DNA of 64,000 nucleotides from Chrysomallon squamiferum. Its lineage: Eukaryota; Animalia; Mollusca. Position 1 is the stretch's first letter. Every line of letters starts with the position of its first letter. The notes beneath the pieces were generated by a model. That model was given only the letters and a program-made list of their open reading frames with translations, searched no databases and was not told the DNA's origin. Of this stretch, positions 1 to 15,037 are shown one piece after another. The stretch is from positions 6,882,001 to 6,946,000 of the forward strand of contig CM022666.1 of assembly GCA_012295275.1 (NCBI GenBank). The letters run 5' to 3'. Both the position numbers and the translations under genes were made by a program.

Positions 1-174
1 TTAATCTTAAAACACTACATAAACAACAGTTCAATTTCCAGAAATGTATCTGGAAACTGGAAAACTGGAAAACAAAAGTTAAGAAGGTTAAAATTAATAT
101 TTAATTAACAGACACAAAATATGAGCTCCTCAGTTTTTACCTTAATAATTAGTTAATTACATCTTCATTATTAG

Positions 175-190
175 TATCATTGTTATTATT

Positions 191-241
<51 letters not shown>

Positions 242-323
242 ATTATTATTATGATGATGATTATTATTATTATTATTATCATTATTAATATCATTGTTAT
301 TATGAATATGATTATGATTATTG

Positions 324-380
<57 letters not shown>
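175..380. repeat. Compound (GAT)n/(TAT)n trinucleotide microsatellite
   Basis: Direct reading; explains the poly-M/I/N/H ORFs. Confidence 0.95.
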
Positions 381-382
<2 letters not shown>

Positions 383-396
383 CAAAGGTCACTAAC

Positions 397-566
397 CTTG
401 AGGTCATGATTGAGACCCACCAGACAGTTGGGAGAGAAGGAGAGAGACAGGAAGTGGGTGAGTGGGTACCAGAACCAGTACTGACAGAAAACCAGCAGCC
501 CCACCACAGCCTCCATGTTTGTGTGTCCCGTTCTAGACTGCAGCGATATTGTCCCGTTCCGACCAC
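397..566 (-). CDS. PSMD1: PSMD1/Rpn2 internal coding exon (170 nt; most 3' exon in the window, gene continues beyond position 1)
   Basis: attcag|GT GGT CGG AAC…CTC AAG|gttagt = [56 protein letters not shown]. It matches the Rpn2 motif [16 protein letters not shown]…FWFWFPLSHFLSL; the phase-1 start fits the previous exon. Confidence 0.97.
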
Positions 567-1505
567 CTGAATAATTAATAAACATATGTAATATGTAATT
601 ATGTAATTATAATAATTTGTTTTTTTGATATATATATGTACATACATGCATGAATACATAATACATACATACATACATACATACACACATACATACACAC
701 ACACATATATACATATACACACACATACATACATATCCATACACATATATATATATATAGTTATATAAAAGTTATTTAAAATTCAGATATGAAATATTTA
801 TTGTTAATCAGAAGAATTTTATAATTTATTAGAACTATACGTATAAATTTGTAAAAAGAAAAAGTATCAGTCTTTGTAGTTCATTTCCATTGATCTTCTG
901 AAAGAAAAGTTCCTGAAAGACTGAGGAGCTGTGAAATTCAAACCAGTTACCATTTCCAAAGGATATTCTTTCATTCTATCTTGTACTTTTAATTATCTCT
1001 CATTTTTTTTTATCTCTTCTTTTCTTTCTCTCCCTTAGGTTTTTATTTTATCTCCCTTCATTTTACTTACCTTTTATTTGATTTTTTTTAAAAGATTTTA
1101 ATAGTCTGTCTGTCTGTCTGTCTGTCTGTGTCTCTCTCTCTCTCTCTCATTAACTTATAATTTTGAATAAAATTCATAATTAAAAAAGAAAAACAGTTTA
1201 AAAGTTTACAGTTTTTATCTTATCTGAATTATTATACTGAGTTATCTCATGGAATTAACTTAAATTTATCAATGAAATAACCTTTATTTTACCTACTCTT
1301 CTTATTTAAAAAAACAAAACAAATATATATAAAAAAATAAAAAATAAATTAAATGCAATAAAATATTTTATTACCAGGCTTTATTTTTCAATCTCCATTA
1401 AATAACAGTTATACTGTTAATTTATTGATTTTAAATTATTTTAATTTAATTTATTTTTTTATCAACTTAAATTAAACAGTCTTTTATTATTATTTCATTA
1501 AATCA

Positions 1506-1548
<43 letters not shown>

Positions 1549-1950
1549 ATTCATTTAGTTTGGTTTTATATTAATTTAATTATTTTTATCTTATTTAATA
1601 TTGAAGTAAATTTATTCTGCACATTCATTAAATAAACAATACACTTTTATTTTGGTTTTAATTTTATCATGATAGACTTTTTTTTCCAATTTGTTATTTT
1701 TGAAAGAAACCCTTCAGTTATCATATTTGTTAAAAAAAAAAAAAAAAAAAAAGGAATAAATAAATAAATAATAATATTAATAACACTGACACTTTAATTA
1801 AATTTGTTAAGTTTTTGGGGTTTCTACAGCAATAAAAACGGTAATAACAGTAATAACAATCATTGGAAATTAATACTAAAAATATAAAATAAATCACAAT
1901 ACAATAATAAAAATAATAAACATTATTCTTAATAATGAGAAGAAAACAGT

Positions 1951-1981
<31 letters not shown>

Positions 1982-2064
1982 AAAATACAATTCACCCCAA
2001 AACAATAAATAACAATAACTACTACTGCTAATATTGATGATTACAATAAATAAATAAAATAAAA

Positions 2065-2116
<52 letters not shown>

Positions 2117-2657
2117 TGTAACAGTAACAATAACAATAAAAATAATATAACAATATAACAAACAACTACACTATCAAACTGACAGTTATAAAAACAAATG
2201 ATGTCTGTGTGTACGAGGTCTGTAGGACAGTTTTAGAACTCAAGTGTCTTGTAATGACACTTACACACGTCTGACAGACGTCCAAAACAACCAAATCCTC
2301 TGACACAAAAATAGACTGGTTTTTGTCTGCTCACAGTCTAGTAAAACACGACAATAATAATCACGATTAACCAGTCTATTGCTGTGATGGCTTCTGATTT
2401 AAGCAGTCGATTCAGATCTTTTAAAGATTCATCCTGTAAAAAGGCGTTCAGAGGAATTCCTTATACAAACTGATTCTGCAGTTAGCTACTTACCTACCTA
2501 CAATCTACCCACCTGACTTCTACCTATATATAACAGCACAACACCTACCCACCTACCTTCTACCTATATATAACCAGCTTATCTAGGTTATATACCTGTC
2601 TAATTTCTGCTTTACCCTCTACCTGTCTTTTTTCTCACTATATCACTATTCCAAATA

Positions 2658-2802
<145 letters not shown>

Positions 2803-3317
2803 CAATAAGGACATTTAATCATTAGTATATCAACAAAACGACCACAAACGCCAATTTTCGTGCCCATAAAAATTTAACCTACAACCAATTAGTTCGTAAG
2901 CATAAAAATCATTTTCTTATTAAAGTCTTCGTGAAATCCTCTTTTTTTTCATTTTCACTGACAAACCGTTTCTTTTACAGCTGAACCCTAAATCTTCACA
3001 GATTAATGATGTTACGATGTGTACAGACATTTAACATGGCCACCATCGCTCTCAAATCATTTCACTTTAGTTAACCGAGATTTCTTTCCCACATTGGCTA
3101 ATTTATCTGAGCTAATACAAACATTGAGAAAGAAGTGGGGGAAAAAAAAAAAAAAAAAAAAATGAAAAAATAAATAAATAAAAGCAGGATGTTCTGTTTG
3201 TTTTAAACCCAAAGAGGTAGAAGAAAATAAGAAGATAAAGAAAATAAATAATGTTGGAATTAGAGCAGCTGAGTTTTTTTTTTTTCTTATGTTAAATTAG
3301 ACCTGTGATTAAACTCT

Positions 3318-3595
3318 CAATAATGATGATGATGATGAAAATAATGATAGTAATGATGATAAAATAATAATGATAATAATGATAATATTGATGAAAACAA
3401 TAATGTTGATGATAATGAAGATAACAATAATGTTGATGATAATGAAGATAACGATATAATGGTAATTATGAATATAATAATAATAATGATAATAATAATA
3501 ATAATGGTAGTAGTAGTAATAATAATAGTAATAGTAGTAGTAGTAGTAATAATAATAATAAAAATAACAATAATAGAAATAATGATGAGTATGAC

Positions 3596-3626
<31 letters not shown>

Positions 3627-3791
3627 GTAGTAATAATAATATTAATAATAATAAAAGTAATAGTAGTAGTAATAATAAAAATAACAATAATAATGATGAT
3701 TATGCTAATAATAATTAAAGTAAAAATAACAATAACAAGAAGAAAAAGAAGAATAGCTATGGTAGTAATAACAGGACCATTAATAGTAGTC

Positions 3792-3848
<57 letters not shown>

Positions 3849-3900
3849 TAACAATAATAAAAGGAGGAATAAGGAAAATAATAATAACAATACATAATAA
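3318..3900. repeat. Degenerate (AAT/GAT/AGT)n trinucleotide low-complexity tract
   Basis: Direct reading; explains ORFs 3317-4039, 3459-3851 and 3466-3687. Confidence 0.9.
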
Positions 3901-4044
3901 AATAATAGAAACATTTTCTATTTTGTTTGAAGAAGGAGAAGAAAAATTCATTTACTAGTGAGGAGGGAGGAGAGATATGTTGGAAAATAAATAGTAAACA
4001 ATTTCTAAAGAGGTTCCCTGAAAGGGAAGTAAAATTCAAAAAAC

Positions 4045-4167
4045 AGAGAGAGAGAGAGAGAGAGAAAGAGAGAATAGGGAGAGAGGGAGGGAAAGAGGAA
4101 CAAAGAAAAAAAAAGAGAAAGAGAAAAGAGAGAAAGATAGAAAGAGAGACAGAGAGAAATAGTGAAT

Positions 4168-4238
<71 letters not shown>
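4045..4238. repeat. GA-rich tract ending in (GA)n
   Basis: Direct reading. Confidence 0.9.
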
Positions 4239-4244
<6 letters not shown>

Positions 4245-5185
4245 AATCTAACAAAAGAAAAATTTTATTAATTATTTTGTTCCTTTCATTTTAGCTGTTT
4301 GCAACACTCTCCCTCATTTTAATGCACTTTTTACTATAATATATATTTTTAAACTTTTCTTTCATCTTGGTTTTCATGACCCAAAACTATACCCTAGTGT
4401 AGAAACTGTTTAAAGCAAAATGAACTGAAAGCCTTGAGTTTAAAACTTTCTACACTTTGATGTTATGGTTGTTGGAGCAAGTTCCATGGGAGGGGGGGGG
4501 GAAAGAAAAAAAGAAAACAAGTTCACATTAAATCTATACTTGTTTGTTTCTATCTACTCCTAAGTCTATTTTATGTACTAACTATTTATTATCAAATAAT
4601 AATAATAAAATAGAATAAAATAAATAATTTAAAAGTACATAAATTAAAACAATGAAAATTTTGTTAAATATTTTGTCAGAAATAAAATAGAATAAAATAA
4701 AATAATTATAAAAAAAAAATTCATTACATGAAATAAAAGTTTATAACAAAAAAAAATTAAAAAAAATAAATTAAAAAATGAAAACCAGAATACAGAAGTA
4801 ACATAAAATCTCAAATTACAAGAAATAAAAAAAAAAATTCCGATTTAATTTCTTTCATTTCTAAATGTCACGTATTTTACAAATCTTATTTCTAAAAATA
4901 AAACCTCAACATATTCAACTGAAATAAATCCTCAAAAATTTTTTTTTTTTAATTTTTAATGTCAAACACCATTATGACTCAAACATTTTTCATTCATCTA
5001 CAATTCTTTCTTAAATCAATCACCCAACAGTCAGGTAATATTAAATTTTACAAGCAGACTACAAAATAACTGCATCTACATAAAGTCACTTGTTATTTTA
5101 ATCCTCTGACTGTCAGGAAATGTTAAATTTGACTGTGACAGACAGACAACAGATGTACAATGTTAAACCACTTAGGTAACATTTA

Positions 5186-5386
<201 letters not shown>

Positions 5387-5532
5387 TTAAGTAATTAATT
5401 AAAATAATCAACAGAAATAAATTTATACATCCTCCACAACAAAAATATGAAACAAAAAGCAGTTAATGTAAGTAAATAATAACAAAATAATATATATCTG
5501 TATCTATCTTTCTATCTATCTATCTATATATC

Positions 5533-5607
<75 letters not shown>

Positions 5608-6215
5608 ACACAAATATTTTTTCAAAAAAAAGAAAAAAAAAAAAAAAAAGAAAAAAAGAAATAAAATTACAGACAGAATATATTGACAAGACAAATTCAT
5701 GAATTTCTAAACCTATACAATCATACACACAGTCTGTTGTAATCTGCAGTGAGTTCTGTGTAATTCAGGACAAATATCCTGTAACTGTGTAATTTAACAT
5801 TTCTGTTATCTACATGTCTGAGAACCAGACTGTATTTTACATTTATGAAATTCACAATTTTGTTTCCTGACTGGAATTTGTATAAGAAAAGGTTTATGTC
5901 TGTCTAAAAAGCTGTAATTGTTCGAAGTTTTTTTTTAGAATATTTGGTTGAATATTTTTATTTTTTTTAAATTTAAATAAGTTCCTTAACTATTAATTTA
6001 TTTTGAATTCTTATGATCGATATTTTTTTTTTTTTTTTTTAACTCTTTCATTCTTCTTTTTTTCTTATATATAAATAAGTAGTTTAAAAAAAAAAAAAAA
6101 TCAAATAAAAATCAAATAAAAAAATATCTAGGATACTGAGGCAGAAAAATATGTTGTAAAAAAAAAATAAATAAATAAATAAATAAAAATAAAAAAAAGT
6201 AAAAAAAAAATAAAG

Positions 6216-6246
<31 letters not shown>

Positions 6247-7210
6247 AAATAAATAAATAAATATCCTCCCTGTAAAAACAACAACAGAAAAAAAAAAATA
6301 AATAAAATAAATAAAAAAGTGAAAAAGATAAAAATAAAAATACTACTAAAAAAAACAAACAATAACTATAAATAATCCTAAATAATCAATACCAAATTTT
6401 TTTTTTTTTTTTTTTTTTTTGGAAATTCCTCACATATCTTAAATAATTAAACAACTACATGAGAGAGAGAGAGCGGGTACAAAAACAATTATCACTCATC
6501 ATATAAAAAGTTTATTAAAACACATTTAATTTATTTCTTCTGTTCAGTCACTTTTACATAAACCTGTCGTCCGATTCTTTGCTTTGATGCTGACACATTA
6601 CCAGCAGACTGCTGTTTTGAGTGAAAAGAAATTGAACATTAAGGTCAGGAAAATAGTATGCATGTCAGACGTACTACTCAGACATCAGGATGTCCTGTTT
6701 TAGCAGCAGGATTTACGCTTTATAAAAGGCGAATGAAGGTTGGGGGGGAAAGAAAAAAAAAAAAAAAAATGTATATAAAAAAAAAATTGATGGAAGGAAT
6801 TTTAGCGTTTGTTAGGTGATCAAAGAAAAAGCAGCAGAAAAAAAAAAAACCACTAATAAAAATGTACGAGTAAAAATATTAGTTTTAAAGGAAGAATTTG
6901 ATTAGAAGTAAGGTGAAAAAAAAAAAATATATATATAAAAAAATACTAAATAAAGATATCATAAAGTAAATAATAATAAAAAATTATATATATTAAACAT
7001 ATGAATAAAAAACAAAAAAATAAAATAAAAAAAAAAATTAAAATAATATAACAAAACACAAAACACAACAGAAACAAACATTAAAATAATGTTTCAGAAA
7101 AGATAATAAAGTGCTAAAAAAAAAAAAAAAAAGATTTCAATCTCTTAAAATGATTTTTATAAAGTAAAAAAAATATGAAAAATCATAAATAAAATATTAA
7201 AAATAGAATC

Positions 7211-7251
<41 letters not shown>

Positions 7252-7526
7252 CTTCACAAATCTTGACCGATTAAAACAAAAAAAAAAATTAAAAAAATAT
7301 AAAAAAGAAGAAGCAAATTATCAGAAAAATGTGTCATAATTTAACTGAAATTACACTATCAATGTTCGACCATTTCTATCCAGCTATCAACAGAACTGAT
7401 GAATAAATCTTAATCATTTTCTTCTTCTTCACTTTTTTTCGATTAACGATATGAAAAATTATTAAGCCTGGACTCGAGATTTCTACAAGTTTCAATAAAA
7501 CTCGTTTACAATTAACACCATTATCG

Positions 7527-7560
<34 letters not shown>

Positions 7561-8717
7561 CAATGGGTAGCTGACGATACTTTTTTTTTATTGGCCTCCA
7601 TAATTGATGAATTTTCTTTGATGAGATTTGTGTGAAACTGTCACAAGATGCTTTTCGACGAAGGAAGCGACTGAATGAGAAATATTAAGATAACAAAAAG
7701 CTGTGATATTAATATCCCATTTAGATGGTAATACCCCATTACTGAGTTAAACACCAGTGTGCTCGATACTTTTAAATAAACACACTTTTATGACAACTCT
7801 TGAGAAAGACGCAAAAAAAAAAAAGATTCTTCATTTTTATTTTATATTCATTCATTCATTCATATTATTTATATACTTATTTATTTATTTATTTATTTTT
7901 TTAATTTATTTATTTATTTATTTTTTTTTTTTTTTTTTTTGATGGATAAAATCTTTTCTTTTTAAATATATTTTTATCATTAACTATTATCTTCATCATC
8001 TGTTTTAGTTTTCTGTTTAAATTTATTATTATAGTTGCTGTTATACTCAAAGATATTATTTTTATGAATGATGTTATTAAGTATTATGATTTTTTTCAAT
8101 AAATAAATAAATAAATATCTAAATATAAAAATAAAGTTAAATACAGCAAAAAGAAATAATTTTAATACACACCCACACACAAAAATACATCAACAACAAT
8201 AATAAATATATAAATCAATTTAATTTTTTTTTTTTTTTTTTTTATAAATAATGGAGAAAATCCAAATATAAACTTAGACAATTAAATTTGTAAGAAAATA
8301 TAAAAAAATTAAATTAACATCATAAAAAAAAAGAAATGAAATAGTAATAGGTAGAAATAACTAAAACAATGGGAAAAAAAAATAATAAGAAAAAAACTAA
8401 AACAAAAATTAAATAAATTAATTTTTTTTTATTATTATCGTTATTATTTTTTAAAATATCAGTATTTCATGTTTATATTAAAAAAAATATTAATACTGTT
8501 TAAAAATATAAAAACTTAATTCAAATTATAATTTTTTTTTTTTTTTTTTTTAAATAAAACCATCAAAAATCCATAATAAATAATACATGAATTAAAAAAA
8601 AAAAAAAAAAAAATCAACAAGTATTATAAAAAACAACAACAATCAAAACAGCAAAACAACTGATGCATCCAAAGAAAACAATTAAAATGTTCAAATATAA
8701 ATAAAAATGTTCTTTAC

Positions 8718-8834
8718 CTTAGGACAGGTAACTTCATTCTGCTGTACGAGAACAAGAGCAGACGCAATGAGCGCCCCCTGGCGGACATAGTTCACAGGAT
8801 CCTGTGTCATTGGTTCCAGCAGATTGATAGCTTC
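8718..8834 (-). CDS. PSMD1: PSMD1/Rpn2 internal coding exon (117 nt, phase 0/0)
   Basis: ttgcag|GAA GCT...CCT AAG|gtaaag = [39 protein letters not shown]. It continues directly from the 32135-32249 exon as in PSMD1 (…GNK|[24 protein letters not shown]…). Confidence 0.97.
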
Positions 8835-10095
8835 CTGCAAACATAAAAAAATAAAATAAAATAAAAAATCTCCATCTATTATTATTTTTAAAAAATAAAA
8901 ATAAAAATATATATAAAAAAAAATTAATAAATTTTCCCCCTTTTTGTAAAATTCATATTTTTTTTTTTTTTTTATTCTTTTAGATTAATAAAAAGAAAGA
9001 CAAAAACAGAATACTGTTGATATTTTTTTCTTCCAAATTTTTCCTTTTTAAAAAAAAAAAAAATTTATTTATTTAGATAGGAAGAACTAAGACATTACAA
9101 ACAGAATAATATTATATTTTCTTTCTTTCAGTTTTTCCTAATTATTATTATTATTATTATTGTTATTTCTTAAATATTACGTCAAAAGGACAGAATATGG
9201 ATAAAATTACTTTCCTTTTTCTTTCATATCTTTTATTATCATAATTATTATTAATTTTTTTTTTTCATTAATTATTATTAAATAGTTTATTGATGTTACG
9301 TAAAGAAAGGATCAAAGATTTATATCTGAAAAACTACAATTCTACAAACGTTTTTCTTTCTTTCTTTCTTTCTTTTTTTTTTTTCTCTTTTATTTTCCAA
9401 ATCTCAAAATGTCTGAGTTTATTCTTCTTGTTTTTAGAGTAATAATAGAAAACAAATTGAAAACTGGTTATTACAGCAATTTCAAATTGTTGTCATCTTT
9501 CACTTCAATTCTGATGATTCATATTAATATAGTTATTTGACGTCACTTACTAGACATACATACAGACAGACAAATATAGGTGTAAAAAAATAACAAAACT
9601 ATTTTCATAAAAATAAAATAATACAAATTAAAAAAGGAGAGAGATATATATATGAAGGAAGATGTATAATAAACAAAAAAGTTAAGGATCATTAAATATT
9701 TTCATGTATGATGATTTTATAGATATGTGTTGTTATTTTTTTGTGGATTTTTATAAAATATTTTCAGATAACAAATTAATGTCTGAACACCCAAACAGTG
9801 TGGTGTGTGTGTAGATATGTCTGTTGTACACTATGTAAATGTATGTATAAGCATGTCACTCATTCTGTAACTCATCTCTCCTTCATTCATTCATTCCTCC
9901 TTCTTTTACTTATTCTTTTCTTTATTTACAGATTACACATTTGTCTATCAGTGAATTACTGGTAAGTGTACTACACAAAAAAGAAAAAAAAAGAAAATAA
10001 ATATATTTATAGAAATGCCAGCACTCTTATATATGTATTGAACAATCTTCCCATGACAAACATGCTTAAACCCTTAGCATAACAACTGAATATTT

Positions 10096-10148
<53 letters not shown>

Positions 10149-11011
10149 GTTAACCCTTGGTGCATTCAAACTAGATGATAAGAGATTTTCAATTATTCTC
10201 AGTTCCATATATCAAAGCTGAGATTTCAGACATCTACATCTCTATCTGACAATAAGCCCATCTCAAAGATGCTTGAACCGTATATTAAAAGGTTGATATA
10301 TATATATATATTCACAACATCAGATACCAAAGATGAATATACTGGCATTTATCTCGCTGAGAATAAAACCCACCTCAAAGATGTTTGAAACCTTCACTTC
10401 ATTTCAGCCACGTACATTAAACACATAATTAACTAATTGTTATGGTGGATAATTAAAATCAAACATGAAAACTCTGTCTGTGTATATATAAAATACTATG
10501 ATGATTTTAATATCAAACTGTACATCAAAGAAAAAGCCAAGATTCGCGGATAACCACTTTACTAATAATTAATTTTCTTTTTACTTTTCGCTAAACTTGT
10601 GATGTCAGTTGGTGTGAAATATTTAGAAATGAGTCGTGTGATTGAAAACTGTGAACTGAGTCCTGCATACAAATTTGTGAGACTGCAGAGTGACCAAAGG
10701 TGACCAAAGGATGACCACAAACAATATTAAAAACAATTCTGTGTGAAATGTCTGATGGAGAAAGTTCACTTTGTGTTTGTGTCTGCATTTCCTGCTCTAA
10801 CTGTCTAATATAACAGTGACCTTGAGGTCAAAAACCAGACAAGACGTCTGTTATGAACTGATAAACTTTTAATATTTCAATTTCAATGCAAAAAAAGCTT
10901 TCAGTGTATATCAGTATATTTGACTTTTGTTCTGAAGTATCATCAAAAATATCAACCAATTACAACATCAACTTTAACACAGAGCATTAACAAATTCAAT
11001 TGAGCCAGAGG

Positions 11012-11120
11012 ATATATACACATATGTCTGTCTGTCTGTCTGTATGTATATATGTATATATGTATATATATGTATGTATGTATGTATGTATATATGTATA
11101 TATATATATGTATGTATGTA

Positions 11121-11156
<36 letters not shown>

Positions 11157-11380
11157 TATATGTATCTATGTATGTATGTATATATGTATATATATGTATG
11201 TATGTATGTATATATGTATCTATGTATGCATGAATGTATGTATGTATGAATGTATGTATGTATGAATATATGTATGTAAGTATAATGTCTGTATGTATGA
11301 ATATATGTATGTACATATGTATGTATGAAGATATGTATGTATGTATGTATGTATGTATGAATGTATGCATGCATGCATAC
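11012..11380. repeat. (TATG)n/(TA)n tetranucleotide microsatellite
   Basis: Direct reading. Confidence 0.93.
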
Positions 11381-12357
11381 AGTAACACTGCAGTAACTTC
11401 ACAACATGGATGAATTTAAACCAACACACAACTGATTCCAAACCCTGCATCAAAGATTTGAAACAACAGTAACTCCTGAACACAGCATTGCTGATTTCAA
11501 ACATCAGCATGGACAACTTCTGACAGTGTGTTGATGTGGGGAGTGCACACAGAGAACTGTGTTTACAACACAAAACTGTTTTCTCTCTCAGTTCAGTATT
11601 TCATGTGAAAACTATTCATTCATACTTCAAATACTTTTTTTTCCCTTGATTACAATCTTTAAATGTAATTTCTTTTTCATGCAAAAGATTTTTAAAAAAT
11701 GTTTTTTATTATTCAGTTTTTGACTTAAATGGAACTAAAAATTTATATTGCATCCATCATTCAAATTTTAATTTTAAAATTAGTTTAATTATTCATGTTT
11801 TTATTTAAATGGAACTTTTATATTTTAATTTTTTTTCAAATTTTCCAAAAATTTTTTTAATTTCATTTATTTAAAAAAAAACTGTTTAGAATTTGAAATT
11901 TTAATTTAAAAATTATAAAATATTAAAAATACAAAATGATGTTTTTAATTAACTTTCAAAAACAAAAAAACAAAACAGTAAAAGAAAAATAATAAAAATA
12001 TTTTTAACTTTTATAAAACAAATTTAAAAAAAAAAATAAAAAAAAATAAAAAGAACAATAAAGAAAAAAAAAATAAAAAAAAAAAAATATAAAAAAAAAA
12101 TAATCAGGTCAGAAAGTGTCAAATGACTGCACTGGTGGTCAGAACTGACCGACTTTACTGTCAGAGTCACCTAGGAGACTGTGAGGAATTACATCACCTC
12201 TGTAACAAGTGAGTAATCCCCAGCATGTTAAAACTCTGCTGTGTTAGAAAATTACATCACAGCATTTATCTCTTGTGTCTTCACTTCACAAACACTGCCA
12301 GTCTCAGCGTGCTCTTCAAATAATGTCAACTGAAACAGTGATGTCATGTCAGAGTAG

Positions 12358-12360
<3 letters not shown>

Positions 12361-12422
<62 letters not shown>

Positions 12423-12882
12423 CAAATAATGTCAACTGAAACACTGCCAGTCACATGTCTTCAAAAGAATGTCACACACACAGAAACAGTGATGTCATGT
12501 CACACACAAATAAGCAACATACACATAAAGACACACACACACACACACAGACACACACACAAATACACTCATATGCATACACTCATACACACACACACAC
12601 ACAACAGATACACACAGATATACACACACACACAGATACACACACACATTATATACATACACTCACACTCTCACACACACACACACAGTCACACAGATAC
12701 ACTCAGATATACACACATACAGATACACACAAACACACACAGATACACACACACGCACAGATACACACACAGGCACCTACATACACACAAAACACACACA
12801 CACACTACATACATACACCTGCTTAAAACGATTTATACATGCATACAGAAACATATACACATACATACTAACACATATAGAT
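12361..12882. repeat. (CA)n followed by a degenerate CA/CAGATA-rich tract
   Basis: Direct reading. The 24-mer cttcaaataatgtcaactgaaaca occurs on both sides of the pure (CA)n. Confidence 0.9.
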
Positions 12883-14242
12883 AAACAAATGTTATCCAAG
12901 TAAAAAGAACCAATATTACATTTTCATTAATGTAAAATAAAAAAACAATAAAAAAAACCCTCAAATATTACTATTAAGTTTTTCGGAAAAAAGAAAAAAA
13001 AGAAAAGTAAAAACAAAAAATAAAATAAAATGAATTTCAGTGCACTGGTTTGAACTTGAAATATTAATAATAATTAACATTTTATTAAAGTGCACTGTAT
13101 TACACAGAACAAATGAATACTGAATTACTTATTTTACTGTCAAGTTATTAGACATTACCATCATTATTACCTTGTTATTGTCATTATTATTATTTTTAGT
13201 ATTATTACTATTACTATACTGGTACCATTATTATTAACATGAGTATTACTATTATTTTACATTTTAGGTGCTGATGAAAAAAATATTATTTATTTAAATA
13301 CTGACAAATCTTTTTTTTAAATATTCTTTCAATTGTTGATTCTGTATGAATATTATTAAACTGATATTTATTTATTTACTTCTTTTTTTTCAAATTATTT
13401 TTGTAAATATAAAATATTTATAAATACCATGTTATAAATAAAAATAAAAATTAAAATAAGAATTTAAAAAAAAAGAAAGGAAGAAAATCCACCAAAACCA
13501 TGTCCATAATATAGAATTATTAAAAAGAAAACATAATTTGTCTTTCATGGAGAGATACATTTTATATCCTTTCTGTACACTTTGCCCACCAACTCCCATC
13601 TTTATCTCAACCTTGAAACCTTCTGCAGATAACAATACTAATACAATAATAGTTAAAATGACATTTACAAGTGACTATACATAAATAATAAACAATTATA
13701 TACATATATTTAACTTGTAAAAACACAAGAATTCCATTTTAAATTATGTGTGAATTATCTGTCTATAGTCTAACCATAAAATCTTGTATTTTAATTATTT
13801 TGCTAATTCTATTTACTAATATGCTTTTTAAAAATTAAGCAATAACATACTTTTAATATTCTGATGAAAATGCATGAATGTGATGTAATTTTTCAGTATT
13901 CTTTTAAAATTATTGTTCTTTGTTTGTAACCAGTTACTTTTCTGCCCAGCTGTGCATATTAATATTGTGTTTATTTACAATCATGGTTTCATTCTATTCA
14001 ATAATGGAAAATTATAATAAAGTGTTTTTTATTCATAATTGTTAAATTTGTGAAAAAGCTGATATCATTAATTATGACAGTTATATGTATTCAGTTATAT
14101 GTAACAGTACTGTAAGATTTATTCATAATGATTACATTATTGTTTTGAAATATAGATATATATAATTTATTCACAATAAAGCATATTTTATACATGTTTA
14201 TTCAATTATAACCTTAATCTTGTATCAAATTATTATACCTGG

Positions 14243-14500
14243 TTATCTTTCCATTCAACAATTACAAATTATTTAGAATTCTCTTAAACAATTACAAATT
14301 GTTACCTTTTCTTTCAACATTTACAAACAGTTACCTTTTTATTCAACAATTACAAATGCTCTTTTCACTGAATTATTATAAATTTATCTTTTCATTTGAC
14401 AACTACAAACAAGTTACCTTTCCATTCAACAATTACAAATTACATTTTCCATTCAACAATTACAAACAGCTATGTTTTCATTCAACAATTACAAATCATA
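14243..14500. repeat. Degenerate ~30-bp minisatellite (core TTCCATTCAACAATTACAAA), about 8 copies
   Basis: caacaattacaaa or variants recur about every 30 bp. Confidence 0.8.
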
Positions 14501-14996
14501 TTTTCCTTCAAAAACGTCTAATTAAACCAAAGCTGAGTACTGCAAATGTCCATTACTGCTGTCATGAATTTTACTTCTCAGATACATTCATTTGTAACAG
14601 AAATAGCTGTGGTGTATCATGTTTGTATCAGTCAGGTACTGGGGCCAGTGTATCACCTCCATGACAGTCTAACAAACCATTTCCATTACGATACCTAATT
14701 TCTGTTCAGATTACTAAGTTTTCAATTCTTTGCCAGGTTTGGGCTTTTCTCAGTGTCTCAAAACCTCACAGTTTATGGAGAGGTTGTCATTCCTGATGCT
14801 GGCACAATTAAAACAATTTACAGAACTCTAACAAAAACAGAAATGAATGCTTGGCTCAGTACTGGGTGTATATTTAGCCACATCAGAGAAGTAAGACTTA
14901 CTCGTTACAAAGTGATTTTTATTTTCTGTATTAAATTATTTTAATGATGTAACATTTCAAGATGAGAGTAATAATCTGTAGTTTGTTGTTACTATG

Positions 14997-15037
<41 letters not shown>

